From NCBI GenBank assembly GCA_017446025.1, contig JAFSRR010000104.1, forward strand, positions 44,026 to 108,025: DNA of 64,000 nucleotides. Reading direction: 5' to 3'. The DNA comes from Bacteroidales bacterium (GTDB lineage Bacteria > Bacteroidota > Bacteroidia > Bacteroidales > UBA1402). The translations under genes were made by a program, and so were the position numbers. Each line of letters starts with the position of its first letter. Position 1 is the stretch's first letter. This document shows positions 18,746-27,134 of this stretch, piece after piece. The notes beneath the pieces are model-generated. The model was not told the DNA's origin. It worked only from the letters and a program-made list of their open reading frames with translations, and made no database searches.

Positions 18746-19603
18746 ATGAAACATCTCCTATTTCTCGGAATCATGGCAACCATGCTGTTGCTGGCAGGCT
18801 GCCAAGGCGATGAACTGAACAGGGCCGATCCTGTATTGGTGGTGGAAGGCTGGATAGAAGACGGTGAGTTTCCCTGTGTCTTTGTCACTTCCAGTATCCC
18901 GGTCAGCACAGCCTACCAGTCGCTGGACGATTTGGGCCAGTATTTGATCCGCTATGCCCGGGTGGCCGTCAGTGACGGGGACACCACAGTGATCCTGACG
19001 GGCAAGGTGGATCGTGACATTTTCCCTCCATACCATTATACCACCAGCTATCTGAGAGGCAAAGCGGGTAAGACATACACACTGACTGTCGATTACGGAG
19101 ATCATCATGTCAGCGGACAGACCACCATTCCGGCCCCTGTGCCGGTAGATTCTTTCGTGGTCGAACCAAGCCGGGCGGATTCATTCTACTCCATGAAGGC
19201 CTGGTTCTACAATGAACGGAGCGAGGATCGTTATTACAAGGTTTTCACGCGTCATCATTCGAGCGAGGACAGGCTGTATTATTCGCCCTTTATCTGCAGT
19301 TATGAGGGAGCCATCCTGCCCGATACGGCAGCCATCGAGGTGTTCTGGGAAAAACGGCTGGGCTGGGGCGAATACAGAATCTATTTTCATATAAACGACA
19401 CGGTAGATATACGCTTCTGCACCATGGACTATGCCGCTTGGCAGTATTGGAGCGACTATGAGGCCATCATTGCCTTGTCGCGCAACCAATTGCTGAACGT
19501 GACCGACAATCTGCCCACCAATCTGAGCGGCGGTATCGGCTACTGGTGCGGCTACGGCTCCCGCTATTACACAGTGAGCATCAGGGAAGCCATCGGTGAG
19601 TGA
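18746..19603 (+). CDS. DUF4249-family lipoprotein, the usual partner of this TBDR subclass
   Basis: 285 aa. The lipobox is LLLAGC. The sequence contains VVEGWIEDGEFPCVFVTSSIPV, KAGKTYTLTVDY and NLSGGIGYWCGYG, which I remember as typical of DUF4249. Confidence 0.7.
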   Translation: MKHLLFLGIMATMLLLAGCQGDELNRADPVLVVEGWIEDGEFPCVFVTSSIPVSTAYQSLDDLGQYLIRYARVAVSDGDTTVILTGKVDRDIFPPYHYTTSYLRGKAGKTYTLTVDYGDHHVSGQTTIPAPVPVDSFVVEPSRADSFYSMKAWFYNERSEDRYYKVFTRHHSSEDRLYYSPFICSYEGAILPDTAAIEVFWEKRLGWGEYRIYFHINDTVDIRFCTMDYAAWQYWSDYEAIIALSRNQLLNVTDNLPTNLSGGIGYWCGYGSRYYTVSIREAIGE

Positions 19604-19644
19604 TTCCCTGCTTGAAAAATTTTCAGAAAAAATTTACTCAAACC

Positions 19645-19675
19645 TTTGGCGATACCAAAATTGGTTGTACCTTTG
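19645..19675 (+). promoter_or_regulatory. Bacteroidota-type promoter of the tRNA Gly-Leu-Leu cluster
   Basis: TTTG (19645-19648), N19, then TACCTTTG (19668-19675). This matches the consensus exactly and ends 11 nt before the tRNA-Gly 5' end. Confidence 0.6.
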
Positions 19676-19686
19676 CATCCGCAATC

Positions 19687-19762
<76 letters not shown>

Positions 19763-19812
19763 AGCCGCGGAAGCGTCCGCAAAGAGGCTATCTTCTCAAT
19801 GTCAGAATGAAT

Positions 19813-19896
19813 ACCCAGGTGGTGGAATTGGTAGACACGCTACTTTGAGGGGGTAGTGGACATTAGTCCGTGTGAGTTCGAGTCTCATCCTGGGTA
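19813..19896 (+). tRNA. tRNA-Leu (anticodon GAG), class II with a long variable arm
   Basis: The acceptor stem is acccagg/cctgggt (A1:U72), the anticodon stem is ctact/ggtag with loop ttGAGgg, and the T arm is gtgag-ttcgagt-ctcat (one G-U pair). There is no encoded CCA. Confidence 0.8.
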
Positions 19897-19917
19897 CTTT
19901 CTCACATTTGACAGTAT

Positions 19918-20001
19918 GCCTAGATGGTGAAATTGGTAGACACGCTAGTTTCAGGTACTAGTGGCCGCAAGGCTGTGCAGGTTCGAGTCCTGTTCTGGGC
20001 A
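19918..20001 (+). tRNA. tRNA-Leu (anticodon CAG), class II
   Basis: The acceptor stem is gcctaga/tctgggc (one G-U pair), the anticodon stem is ctagt/actag with loop ttCAGgt, and the T arm is gcagg-ttcgagt-cctgt. Confidence 0.85.
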
Positions 20002-20009
20002 CTGAAAAA

Positions 20010-20042
20010 AGAGGATCGTTTATATAACGACCCTCTTTTTTT
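20010..20042. terminator. Bidirectional rho-independent terminator between the tRNA cluster and the convergent lipoprotein gene
   Basis: An 11-bp stem agaggatcgtt/aacgaccctct (one mismatch) is flanked by an A6 run upstream and a T7 run downstream. Confidence 0.65.
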
Positions 20043-20100
20043 ATACCACTTCTCCACCCTTTTCTCCCGCTCCAAACAGTTTTTTGTGCGAATGGTTGTT

Positions 20101-20754
20101 TTACATGCGTGCAATGGATACGCTGCCAATGTTGCCGCGGAGTTGCATGATGAGAGCATCAACTTTATTGCCGTTCTTATTGACTTCCATGATAAGAAAA
20201 CCGAAGGCGTTCCAACTGGATTCTGCGTCATCTATCGCCCGGTAATTGATGGGAGTTTCTGCATTGTTGAAGGAGCAGGTGTAGTCATCTTCTTCCGTCC
20301 TGTTGCCGTTAATCTCTACATCCCAATCCCGATGACCATCGGCCGATGGATCGACAGCGGTAGCTGTCAGATTGAAGTGTGTGTCGAATCTGTTTCCATT
20401 GAAACTAAACTTTCCATCGAATTCTATCGTCCAGGCTTGCTTTCCCGAAACCTTTGTGATGGTAGCCCCAGAGAGTGCACCGTCACGAAGCACCTTCCAC
20501 ATACTGCCATCTGCCGACAGCGAGGTCCCGTTTGACTGATAGAAGTACTTTGCCATCGTGCTCTCCTTGTCCATTTTCAGGGCCGATTCCAACTCTTCGA
20601 GAGTAGCTGTGACGATATCATTGGAGATGCAAAGCATATATTCCTTTAGTGGCGTACTTACATAGGTGGGCGAAAAATGTTCCGTTCCGTCGTATCTCTG
20701 GCACGATGTCATGGATGCAACGACAAGAGTTATAACAAATATGATTCTTTTCAT
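20101..20754 (-). CDS. Lipoprotein of unknown function (low-GC islet)
   Basis: 217 aa. The lipobox is VVASMTSC. I recognise no family. GC is about 42% in a sampled 60-nt line, against about 60% in core genes. Confidence 0.65.
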   Translation of the reverse strand: MKRIIFVITLVVASMTSCQRYDGTEHFSPTYVSTPLKEYMLCISNDIVTATLEELESALKMDKESTMAKYFYQSNGTSLSADGSMWKVLRDGALSGATITKVSGKQAWTIEFDGKFSFNGNRFDTHFNLTATAVDPSADGHRDWDVEINGNRTEEDDYTCSFNNAETPINYRAIDDAESSWNAFGFLIMEVNKNGNKVDALIMQLRGNIGSVSIARM

Positions 20755-20766
20755 GACTCGACAGTA

Positions 20767-21402
20767 TTAAAAATAAAAACCAAGACCCAAGCGGATAAAA
20801 TAACCAGTTCCATATCCAATATCCTCGAATACATATGTTTTGTTACCTCCAAGAGCCCATCCCAGAAACGTAATCTCATAAGCAGGCTCCAAATGTGTCG
20901 ACTCATATTGTCCTACTGATAGATAGGTTCCGGCGGATAACATTGAATACATACTAAAATGCAACGGAACAAATCCGTAATGTACGACCTCAAACCACCT
21001 TGCCTTTATAGAAGGCATGACAGATACAATATGCTGTGTAAGGACGGTCCCTTCTTCCTCTTCGTCCTGCCGAAAGGCATATCCCGGTCTTATATCAGCG
21101 CTGACAAACCCCCAGGAAGCATTCACGCCCACGCTTAACCATTTTTTGAGGAAATAGTTGTATTGAGCTCCCAGTACAATGTCTCCCGACACATACTTCT
21201 GGTCTTCATAAAGGTTTTTAAGTCGAAATCTATTGTAGTAGTGGGCATACTCACTTTCTCCAAATCCATAAACCCCCATGGCTGGACCTCCGAAAGAGAA
21301 CTCAATGCTGTGACGATGCTCTGTTTGACTTGCATCCTGCTCCTGTGCCACAACCGCTACACAGGCCAGGAGTCCCCAAAATGATAGTAATATCTTTTTC
21401 AT
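20767..21402 (-). CDS. Small outer-membrane beta-barrel protein (OmpW/OprF-N-like class)
   Basis: The signal peptide is MKKILLSFWGLLACVAVVAQE. Alternating aromatic and small-residue strands run through the sequence, and the C-terminus ends GLGFYF. The track start at 21408 is TTG, and I prefer ATG at 21402. Sampled lines have 32-47% GC. Confidence 0.65.
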   Translation of the reverse strand: MKKILLSFWGLLACVAVVAQEQDASQTEHRHSIEFSFGGPAMGVYGFGESEYAHYYNRFRLKNLYEDQKYVSGDIVLGAQYNYFLKKWLSVGVNASWGFVSADIRPGYAFRQDEEEEGTVLTQHIVSVMPSIKARWFEVVHYGFVPLHFSMYSMLSAGTYLSVGQYESTHLEPAYEITFLGWALGGNKTYVFEDIGYGTGYFIRLGLGFYF

Positions 21403-21482
21403 GCCCAAATAGCTTTAACGCGGCAATATTACATATCATTTCGCGCAATAACAACAAAAATCTTTTTTTTTAAGTCAGGGCG

Positions 21483-22406
21483 TTAAAAGCCGGTTTTGAC
21501 TGCGGCGAGGAACTCTTCGGGAATTTTGCTCTCGAAGCTCATGGCTTCGCCCGTGACGGGATGGGTGAACGACAAGACGCAGGCATGCAGGGCCATGCGG
21601 TTCATAGGTGATTTGTGGCCGCCGTATTTCAAGTCGCCCAGCACCGGATAGCCGATGCTGTTCATCTGCACGCGGATCTGGTTCTTGCGACCCGTGTCCA
21701 GCTTGAATTCCACCAAACTGCAGCCCCTGCCCGTCTGCAGCACTTTGTAGTGGGTTACTGCCTTGACGCCGTCCTCAGGGTTCTGGCTGGCATAGACGAT
21801 AAAAGCCTTGCTTTCCCACAGATAGGAAGTGACGGTGCCCTGCCCCGTGCCGTCGCCGGTCTTCAGTTCGCCCTCCAGAACGGCCACGTATTTGCGCTGG
21901 CTCACGGCAAAGCGCCAGTTGTCTTGCATGAGGGACTGCACTTCGGGCGTCTTGGCAAAGAGCAGCAGACCGGAGGTCTCGCGGTCCAGCCGATGGACGA
22001 CAAATATCTTGTTTCCGGGCGACTTCTGCTTGACGTATTCACTCAGGATGGAATAGGCGGTCTTCTGACGCTCGCGGGGCGTAGCTATGGTGAGCAGCCC
22101 GGCGCCCTTTTCGACCACGATCAGGTATTTGTCCTCGAATACGATTTTCAGTTTGGGATGCTTCAGCGTCGAACGGCCTTTGTCCCAATGCACTTCCACT
22201 GTGTCCCCTTTTTCCAATGGATGGTCGAATTGCCTGACAACCTGTTTGTTGACCAACACCTGTTGATGTGAGAGCAAGCTCTTGACACTAGTGCGTGACA
22301 GATCTTTGAAGCGCTTTTCAAGAAAAGCCATCAGCGTGTCGGGCTCTTCTATCTGGCATTGCGTGGTGCGGTCGCGGTGTACGGGCCTTTTGTTGTCGGA
22401 CTTCAT
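21483..22406 (-). CDS. RluA-family pseudouridine synthase with an N-terminal S4 domain
   Basis: 307 aa. It carries the catalytic motif HRLDRETSGLLLFAK and the sequence GRKNQIRVQM. Confidence 0.85.
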   Translation of the reverse strand: MKSDNKRPVHRDRTTQCQIEEPDTLMAFLEKRFKDLSRTSVKSLLSHQQVLVNKQVVRQFDHPLEKGDTVEVHWDKGRSTLKHPKLKIVFEDKYLIVVEKGAGLLTIATPRERQKTAYSILSEYVKQKSPGNKIFVVHRLDRETSGLLLFAKTPEVQSLMQDNWRFAVSQRKYVAVLEGELKTGDGTGQGTVTSYLWESKAFIVYASQNPEDGVKAVTHYKVLQTGRGCSLVEFKLDTGRKNQIRVQMNSIGYPVLGDLKYGGHKSPMNRMALHACVLSFTHPVTGEAMSFESKIPEEFLAAVKTGF

Positions 22407-22415
22407 AATAAAACT

Positions 22416-23183
22416 TTAACTGGTTTGACGGGGCAGGTGGGCTTTGATACGGCTGAAACTGAATTTATGCAAGCGGAAACAGAAGAAGATGAAGGCGATG
22501 CTGAGCAAGGCAGACAAGGCGGGCATGATGCTCGACACCATCAGGATGCTGTCGAAAATGCCATGGGCCAGCACCGGGGCAGCCCAGACCAACAGGCGGC
22601 TGCGGTCGCGCCGGCCGACGGCGGTGTCGTCTATGCGGAAGATCAATTCTCCGTTTTCATCGGTCTTCAGGCTGATCTGCTGCGTGCTGAAATGCACCAG
22701 GGAATAATAGTAGCCCATCAAGACGGCAAAAGCAAAATGGCCGGGCACCGAGATGAGGGCGCGCATGATGCCCACGCTGACCCAATCCTCATAGTTTTGG
22801 AAGAGGTACATGATATTCTCGGTGGCGGCAAAGCCCATGCCCACGCAGACGGCATAGACGATACCGTCCATTTTCTCATCGAAATAAGGATTGCGTCTCA
22901 GCAACAGCCATAGCATGAAGAGTTTGGCTGTCTCTTCGGGGATGGCGGCACCGAAAAAAGCCACGCCGATCTGGCCGAGCATGGTCTGGCTCTCGGAGGC
23001 ATAGATGCCCAGTGCTTCCAAAGGCTTGGAGATGGCCAGGGAAGCAAACACAGAAAGGACACCGAAGAAAAAACCTTTCAGTAACTGGCCGACAGGCTCT
23101 GGCTGCTGGCCGTCCTTGCGATAGATGTAGAACAGCAGCACAAATGCCGGCATGACGGCGGCTATGACAATGTAGAGGGCCAT
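22416..23183 (-). CDS. PrsW-family intramembrane glutamic/metallo-protease
   Basis: 255 aa and polytopic. The motifs are EETAK (EExxK), FAATENIMY and HGIFD (HxxxD). Confidence 0.7.
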   Translation of the reverse strand: MALYIVIAAVMPAFVLLFYIYRKDGQQPEPVGQLLKGFFFGVLSVFASLAISKPLEALGIYASESQTMLGQIGVAFFGAAIPEETAKLFMLWLLLRRNPYFDEKMDGIVYAVCVGMGFAATENIMYLFQNYEDWVSVGIMRALISVPGHFAFAVLMGYYYSLVHFSTQQISLKTDENGELIFRIDDTAVGRRDRSRLLVWAAPVLAHGIFDSILMVSSIMPALSALLSIAFIFFCFRLHKFSFSRIKAHLPRQTS

Positions 23184-23184
23184 G

Positions 23185-24024
23185 TTATTTTCGTTTCCGG
23201 ATAAAGTACATCAGTTTGTAATAGAGGTATTTCACGGTAGAGAACGGCCGGATTTCACGGCTCATGGCCAAGGTACGGCGGTTCATCTGCCAGGTGTCGC
23301 GCAGGTGATACAAACGGCGCAGGTAGTACTCCGCCCCCACCGATTGTGCCCCTACTTCATTGTCACCGTGCTGCCGGTAGAGAATGGTCGGTTGAGGCAC
23401 ATAGCCGAGCACACCGTCGGGATGGTCGGCCACCTTCAGGGCTATCCATTTGTCGTGCATCAGGGCTTTCTCGCCCAGAGGCAGGCTCAAGGCCCGGGCC
23501 TGGCTGTTGATCATCATCGTGCAGCCGGTGAAGGCATTGCAGACAGTCAGGTAGTTGAAGTTGTGTATCAACTTGCGATCGATGCCGTTGTATTTCCAGA
23601 AGGAAGGATGGATGACATGCAGTTCGTTGTCCACGACACAAAGATCGGTATTGACAGCCACCGGACTGCCGGGGTGTTTTTTTTCACAGACCCTCATCCT
23701 GGTCAGGGTCAGACTGATCTTTTCGGGCAACCAGACATCGTCGTGGTCGCAGAACATGTAGTACTGGTGGCCGGGATGCTGCTCGAGCAGCCACATGAAA
23801 CTGCCCATGGCCTGCCGGCCGGGTTGCGGATCGTGGTCGAGTTGCAGCCGGCCGTAACGCTGGCGGTATTTTTCCAGAATATCCAAGGTTTCGTCCGTCG
23901 AGCCGTCGTCGTGGACATAGACGGTGAAATCCTGACAGGTTTGGGTATAGAGCGAATCGAGCAAATCCGGCAGATAGTCGGCACTGTTGTATACACAGAG
24001 AAGTATGGCGATATCGGCATTCAT
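23185..24024 (-). CDS. Family 2 glycosyltransferase
   Basis: 279 aa from ATG 24024. The sequence starts MNADIAILLCVYNSADYLPDLLDSLYTQTCQDFTVYVHDDGSTDET, and later has CDHDDVW as the DxD region. The start overlaps the upstream stop as ATGA. The track's 88-codon N-terminal extension was rejected. Confidence 0.85.
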   Translation of the reverse strand: MNADIAILLCVYNSADYLPDLLDSLYTQTCQDFTVYVHDDGSTDETLDILEKYRQRYGRLQLDHDPQPGRQAMGSFMWLLEQHPGHQYYMFCDHDDVWLPEKISLTLTRMRVCEKKHPGSPVAVNTDLCVVDNELHVIHPSFWKYNGIDRKLIHNFNYLTVCNAFTGCTMMINSQARALSLPLGEKALMHDKWIALKVADHPDGVLGYVPQPTILYRQHGDNEVGAQSVGAEYYLRRLYHLRDTWQMNRRTLAMSREIRPFSTVKYLYYKLMYFIRKRK

Positions 24025-25922
24025 CAGTCTTCGAATTGAGGCAAGGCAAAGATAACATAGCCCGTCATGCTTGACAAGTCCCCATGGGCGTGAGGCAGGC
24101 GGAAAAACAGCGTGAAAGGCACGGAAGGGTCTATCTCGTCGAAACGGATTTCCAGCTTTTGCCAGGTATCCGGGCGGTTTAGGTCGTAGAGCGCCGTGTA
24201 TCTGTAGATGTCGGCGTATGAAGAGGTGCGCAGCATGACTGCCCGCCCGTTGAAATCGCGGCTCACGTAGCACCAGGCACTGAAACAATGCTTGGTTGTG
24301 TCGCGCAGGCAGAAGCCCGTGTTGAAGTCGACGGCGTTGATGTCAGGCATATCGTATCCTTTCGAAATATGGGTAATCTGATAGCCTTGGCAACCTTGCA
24401 ACTCGGCCGGTACCTGACCGGGCAGTTCACGAGCCAGTGTATAGGGTTTCACGGCATAGGTCTGCGGCCGGCGGGGATCGTGTCCCCTGGGTCCGCAGCA
24501 AAGAAAAAGCACTGTCAAGATCACAGACAAGGCGGCCACGCTGAACAGAACGGCCCAAATGCGACAGACGACCTTGTTTTCCATCCATCGGCTGTTTTCC
24601 TGACAACTGGCACTCTCCTGCCGGCCGTAATCGGTCATTGCCCAGACAAACTGCATCAGGGCGAAGGTGATGAACCCTCCGGCCTGCATGGTCACCGTCT
24701 CGGTCATCATCAGCAGCAGCCAGCACAGGGTGGCCGCCAACAGTAGCGGGCGCTGTTGACGGGTGCAAAGCAGCAGGGGCAGCAGCAGGATGGCTGTCCA
24801 GATCAAAACTGCAGACAAACCGCTTTCGAGGGCGGTGTGCAGGAAAGTGTTGTGGGCATGGGAGCGGTTGGCGATGATGTCATCGGCCAGATGCAAGTCT
24901 TTGTATTTGGCCATCAGAAGATCTTTGGCATCGCCCACGCCGGCCCCCGTGAGCCAGATATGGTCTTCCCTGAGCACGTCCACAGCCGCGGTCCAGATGC
25001 CGATGCGCCCTTCCTGCAACTGCTCGTTGTCCTGTTTTTTCAACTGATCGGGCTGGATGCGGTCGAAGGCAGGATGATAGTGCCAGACCAAACCGACGAC
25101 TATCAGGGCCAGGCCAAGCAGCGAGACAATGGCCAGCCGGTATTTGCGGGCATATTCACGACTGAGGTCGATCAGCATCCAGAAAAGCAATAAAATGGCC
25201 AAAATCAGATTCAGACGCCCTTGCGACAGGATGCACCATGCCATGAGCAGCAGGCTGTAGCTGCAGAACAGCAACCAGGAGCGTTTCTGCAGCCTGTCGG
25301 GCAGTCTTTTTTTGCGGAAGGCGGCATAGAAAGTGAGCCAGGCCATCAGCTGGATAATGCCGAAAAATGCCCGGTGCTTGTAGGCTAGCATGCTCACGAC
25401 ATAGGCCGAGGGAAACTGATGCAGGTAGTTGCGGAAACCGAAATCACTCAGATAGTGCAACACCGGCCAGGCCAGCATCAGCGTAAGATGGCAGGCGGCA
25501 CCGGCTACAAAGGCAGTGAGCAAGGGTTTGAGCCGGTAGTCGGGATGCAGCCGGAAGATGGCCATCAGCATCAAGACAATGAACGACACCCGACGTTCCA
25601 GCATGCGCTTGGAATAGTGCAGATTGTCGGTATAGAGCAAGGATATAAGCATTACTACATAGAACAGCACCATCAGATAGAGCACGATGTGCCGCTTGTC
25701 AAAGCGGGGATGCAGCAGGCGTCCGTTGACGAGGGCTTCCAAAAACCAGGTGAGCGCCCAGAAAAAGAAACAGTTGCAGACCCAGATATCCGGCATGCAT
25801 AGCGAAAAAGCCATGACCAGGGCCAGCAGCCAGTTCAGGCGGAAGAGCATCTCCCCCACTTGCTCGCGGAGCGTACCTTGCGGCCAGCTAAGCCATGACT
25901 TCAAATCGATCGGTCTTTCCAT
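24024..25922 (-). CDS. O-antigen ligase/polymerase-like (Wzy_C) membrane protein with an extra TM helix and a ~155-aa C-terminal soluble domain
   Basis: 632 aa with about 11 TM segments. The Wzy_C-like loop reads RSHAHNTFLHTALESGL. Residues 451-476 form an additional TM helix. Residues 478-632 (nt 24027-24491) are a Cys/Tyr/Phe-rich, beta-type domain. Confidence 0.7.
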   Translation of the reverse strand: MERPIDLKSWLSWPQGTLREQVGEMLFRLNWLLALVMAFSLCMPDIWVCNCFFFWALTWFLEALVNGRLLHPRFDKRHIVLYLMVLFYVVMLISLLYTDNLHYSKRMLERRVSFIVLMLMAIFRLHPDYRLKPLLTAFVAGAACHLTLMLAWPVLHYLSDFGFRNYLHQFPSAYVVSMLAYKHRAFFGIIQLMAWLTFYAAFRKKRLPDRLQKRSWLLFCSYSLLLMAWCILSQGRLNLILAILLLFWMLIDLSREYARKYRLAIVSLLGLALIVVGLVWHYHPAFDRIQPDQLKKQDNEQLQEGRIGIWTAAVDVLREDHIWLTGAGVGDAKDLLMAKYKDLHLADDIIANRSHAHNTFLHTALESGLSAVLIWTAILLLPLLLCTRQQRPLLLAATLCWLLLMMTETVTMQAGGFITFALMQFVWAMTDYGRQESASCQENSRWMENKVVCRIWAVLFSVAALSVILTVLFLCCGPRGHDPRRPQTYAVKPYTLARELPGQVPAELQGCQGYQITHISKGYDMPDINAVDFNTGFCLRDTTKHCFSAWCYVSRDFNGRAVMLRTSSYADIYRYTALYDLNRPDTWQKLEIRFDEIDPSVPFTLFFRLPHAHGDLSSMTGYVIFALPQFED

Positions 25923-27013
25923 CAGAATACCAGCATATAGGGTCTCAGATATCCTTGCATCAAGATGTTACCGAAAAGGGCCAGCGCCACCAGCACGGTG
26001 ATGAGCTCGGGCAGCCAGCGTGGTTTGATGAAGTATATCAGGTAGGGAATCAGAAATATCAGGATGATGTTGAGCATCTCCCAAAGACGGAAGGCAAAGA
26101 CGGCCAAAGGCATGAACAAATAGAACACGCCGATGGATATCATGTTGATTTTCAAGAACAGTATGCCGTAGGGTGATTTTTCGGGCAGTTCCTTGCGATA
26201 ATACAACAGAAAGCCTGACAACAGCAACTGGAACAACAACGTGGCATTCATCTCGTTGATTTTGAATCCTTTGAAGAACTGTTCGGCCTGGTAGATACGT
26301 ATTTTCTCGGAATAGACCCCCAGGTCGTATTTCGACAACAAGGTGATGGGGTCCACCCCGGCCTTCATCAGCAAGTATGGCACCACAATGACGGCAATAT
26401 ATGTCAATGGATTGATATTCTTTGTATTGAGGAAATAGAAGGGGAAAAAGATGATGGCCGAATAATGGAACATGGTGGCCAGCAGGATGACCAGGGCGAA
26501 TTTTCCGAAATCGCGCGAGATGATATAGCGGAAACTCATCATGGCGATACCGGCGGCCAGACCGGCGCGCACCTGTACGATCTCATGCAGCAGGAAATAG
26601 TCGCATACATAGATGAACAGGGAGAAGAAGGCAAACTCGGAATAGTCGTGGATGGCTTTCAGTTTCAAGCCCACAGCCGCAAGGGCAAAAAGAAAGATCA
26701 ATATCGCATACCCCGTATCGAAAGGGAAGATGAATTTGAGCAGCGAAGATATGAGCAGGAAGGAGGGCTCCACACTGTCGGCCAGGAAAAAGGCTTTGGG
26801 CTGCAGTACCAGCATATAGAGCGGCATGGCGTTCTTGTAGAAATCCAGGAACACATGGTCGTCGACACTGACATTGCGGCCTTTCAGACCGGCTATCAAA
26901 GCCAGGGCAACCCCCATGACAAGCAGCCAGATCCAACGGTTCACCTTGATCTGTTCACCAGTCAGGCACAAGACCAGGGCGGCCAGGACGACGACATAAT
27001 AAAAGGTAATCAT
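25922..27013 (-). CDS. EpsG-family polytopic membrane protein (putative Wzy-type glycan polymerase)
   Basis: It is highly hydrophobic with about 10 TM segments. Overall EpsG-like organisation. The stop overlaps the downstream start as ATGA. The track start at 27046 is TTG, and I prefer ATG at 27013 (MITFYYVVVL). Confidence 0.6.
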   Translation of the reverse strand: MITFYYVVVLAALVLCLTGEQIKVNRWIWLLVMGVALALIAGLKGRNVSVDDHVFLDFYKNAMPLYMLVLQPKAFFLADSVEPSFLLISSLLKFIFPFDTGYAILIFLFALAAVGLKLKAIHDYSEFAFFSLFIYVCDYFLLHEIVQVRAGLAAGIAMMSFRYIISRDFGKFALVILLATMFHYSAIIFFPFYFLNTKNINPLTYIAVIVVPYLLMKAGVDPITLLSKYDLGVYSEKIRIYQAEQFFKGFKINEMNATLLFQLLLSGFLLYYRKELPEKSPYGILFLKINMISIGVFYLFMPLAVFAFRLWEMLNIILIFLIPYLIYFIKPRWLPELITVLVALALFGNILMQGYLRPYMLVF

Positions 27014-27082
27014 GCGATACTGCGAGGGAGCTTTTCTGAAGGACAAAAGTAATGATTTTTATTTATTTTGCAGCCATTCGTT

Positions 27083-27112
27083 TTTGTGTTTGGTGCGAAA
27101 AATGTACTTTTG
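27083..27112 (+). promoter_or_regulatory. Candidate promoter of rlmD
   Basis: TTTG (27083-27086), N18, then TACTTTTG (27105-27112). The site ends 22 nt upstream of the TTG start codon. Confidence 0.45.
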
Positions 27113-27134
27113 AGGTCGAATAAATACAAGAGGC

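Noticed and set aside
19918-21482. Calling the tRNA-Leu-adjacent low-GC islet a mobile element
   Set aside because: No integrase, excisionase, mobilisation or transposase gene is present. I could not find a direct repeat of the tRNA-Leu 3' end at the far boundary. It is reported only as a compositional islet.
23185-24288. N-terminal extensions in the ORF track for several genes: 23185-24288, 32942-34135, 39369-40610, 41675, 43610-44683, 44641-46851, 53194-55509, 56405-57754, 57817, 59361-60611, 61613-62614, 13244
   Set aside because: The track takes the longest ATG/GTG/TTG-initiated frame. In each case an internal ATG coincides with the start of family homology or of a signal peptide. It often forms an ATGA overlap with the upstream stop. 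The extra residues are Arg/Pro/His-rich junk or overlap a neighbouring gene or terminator.
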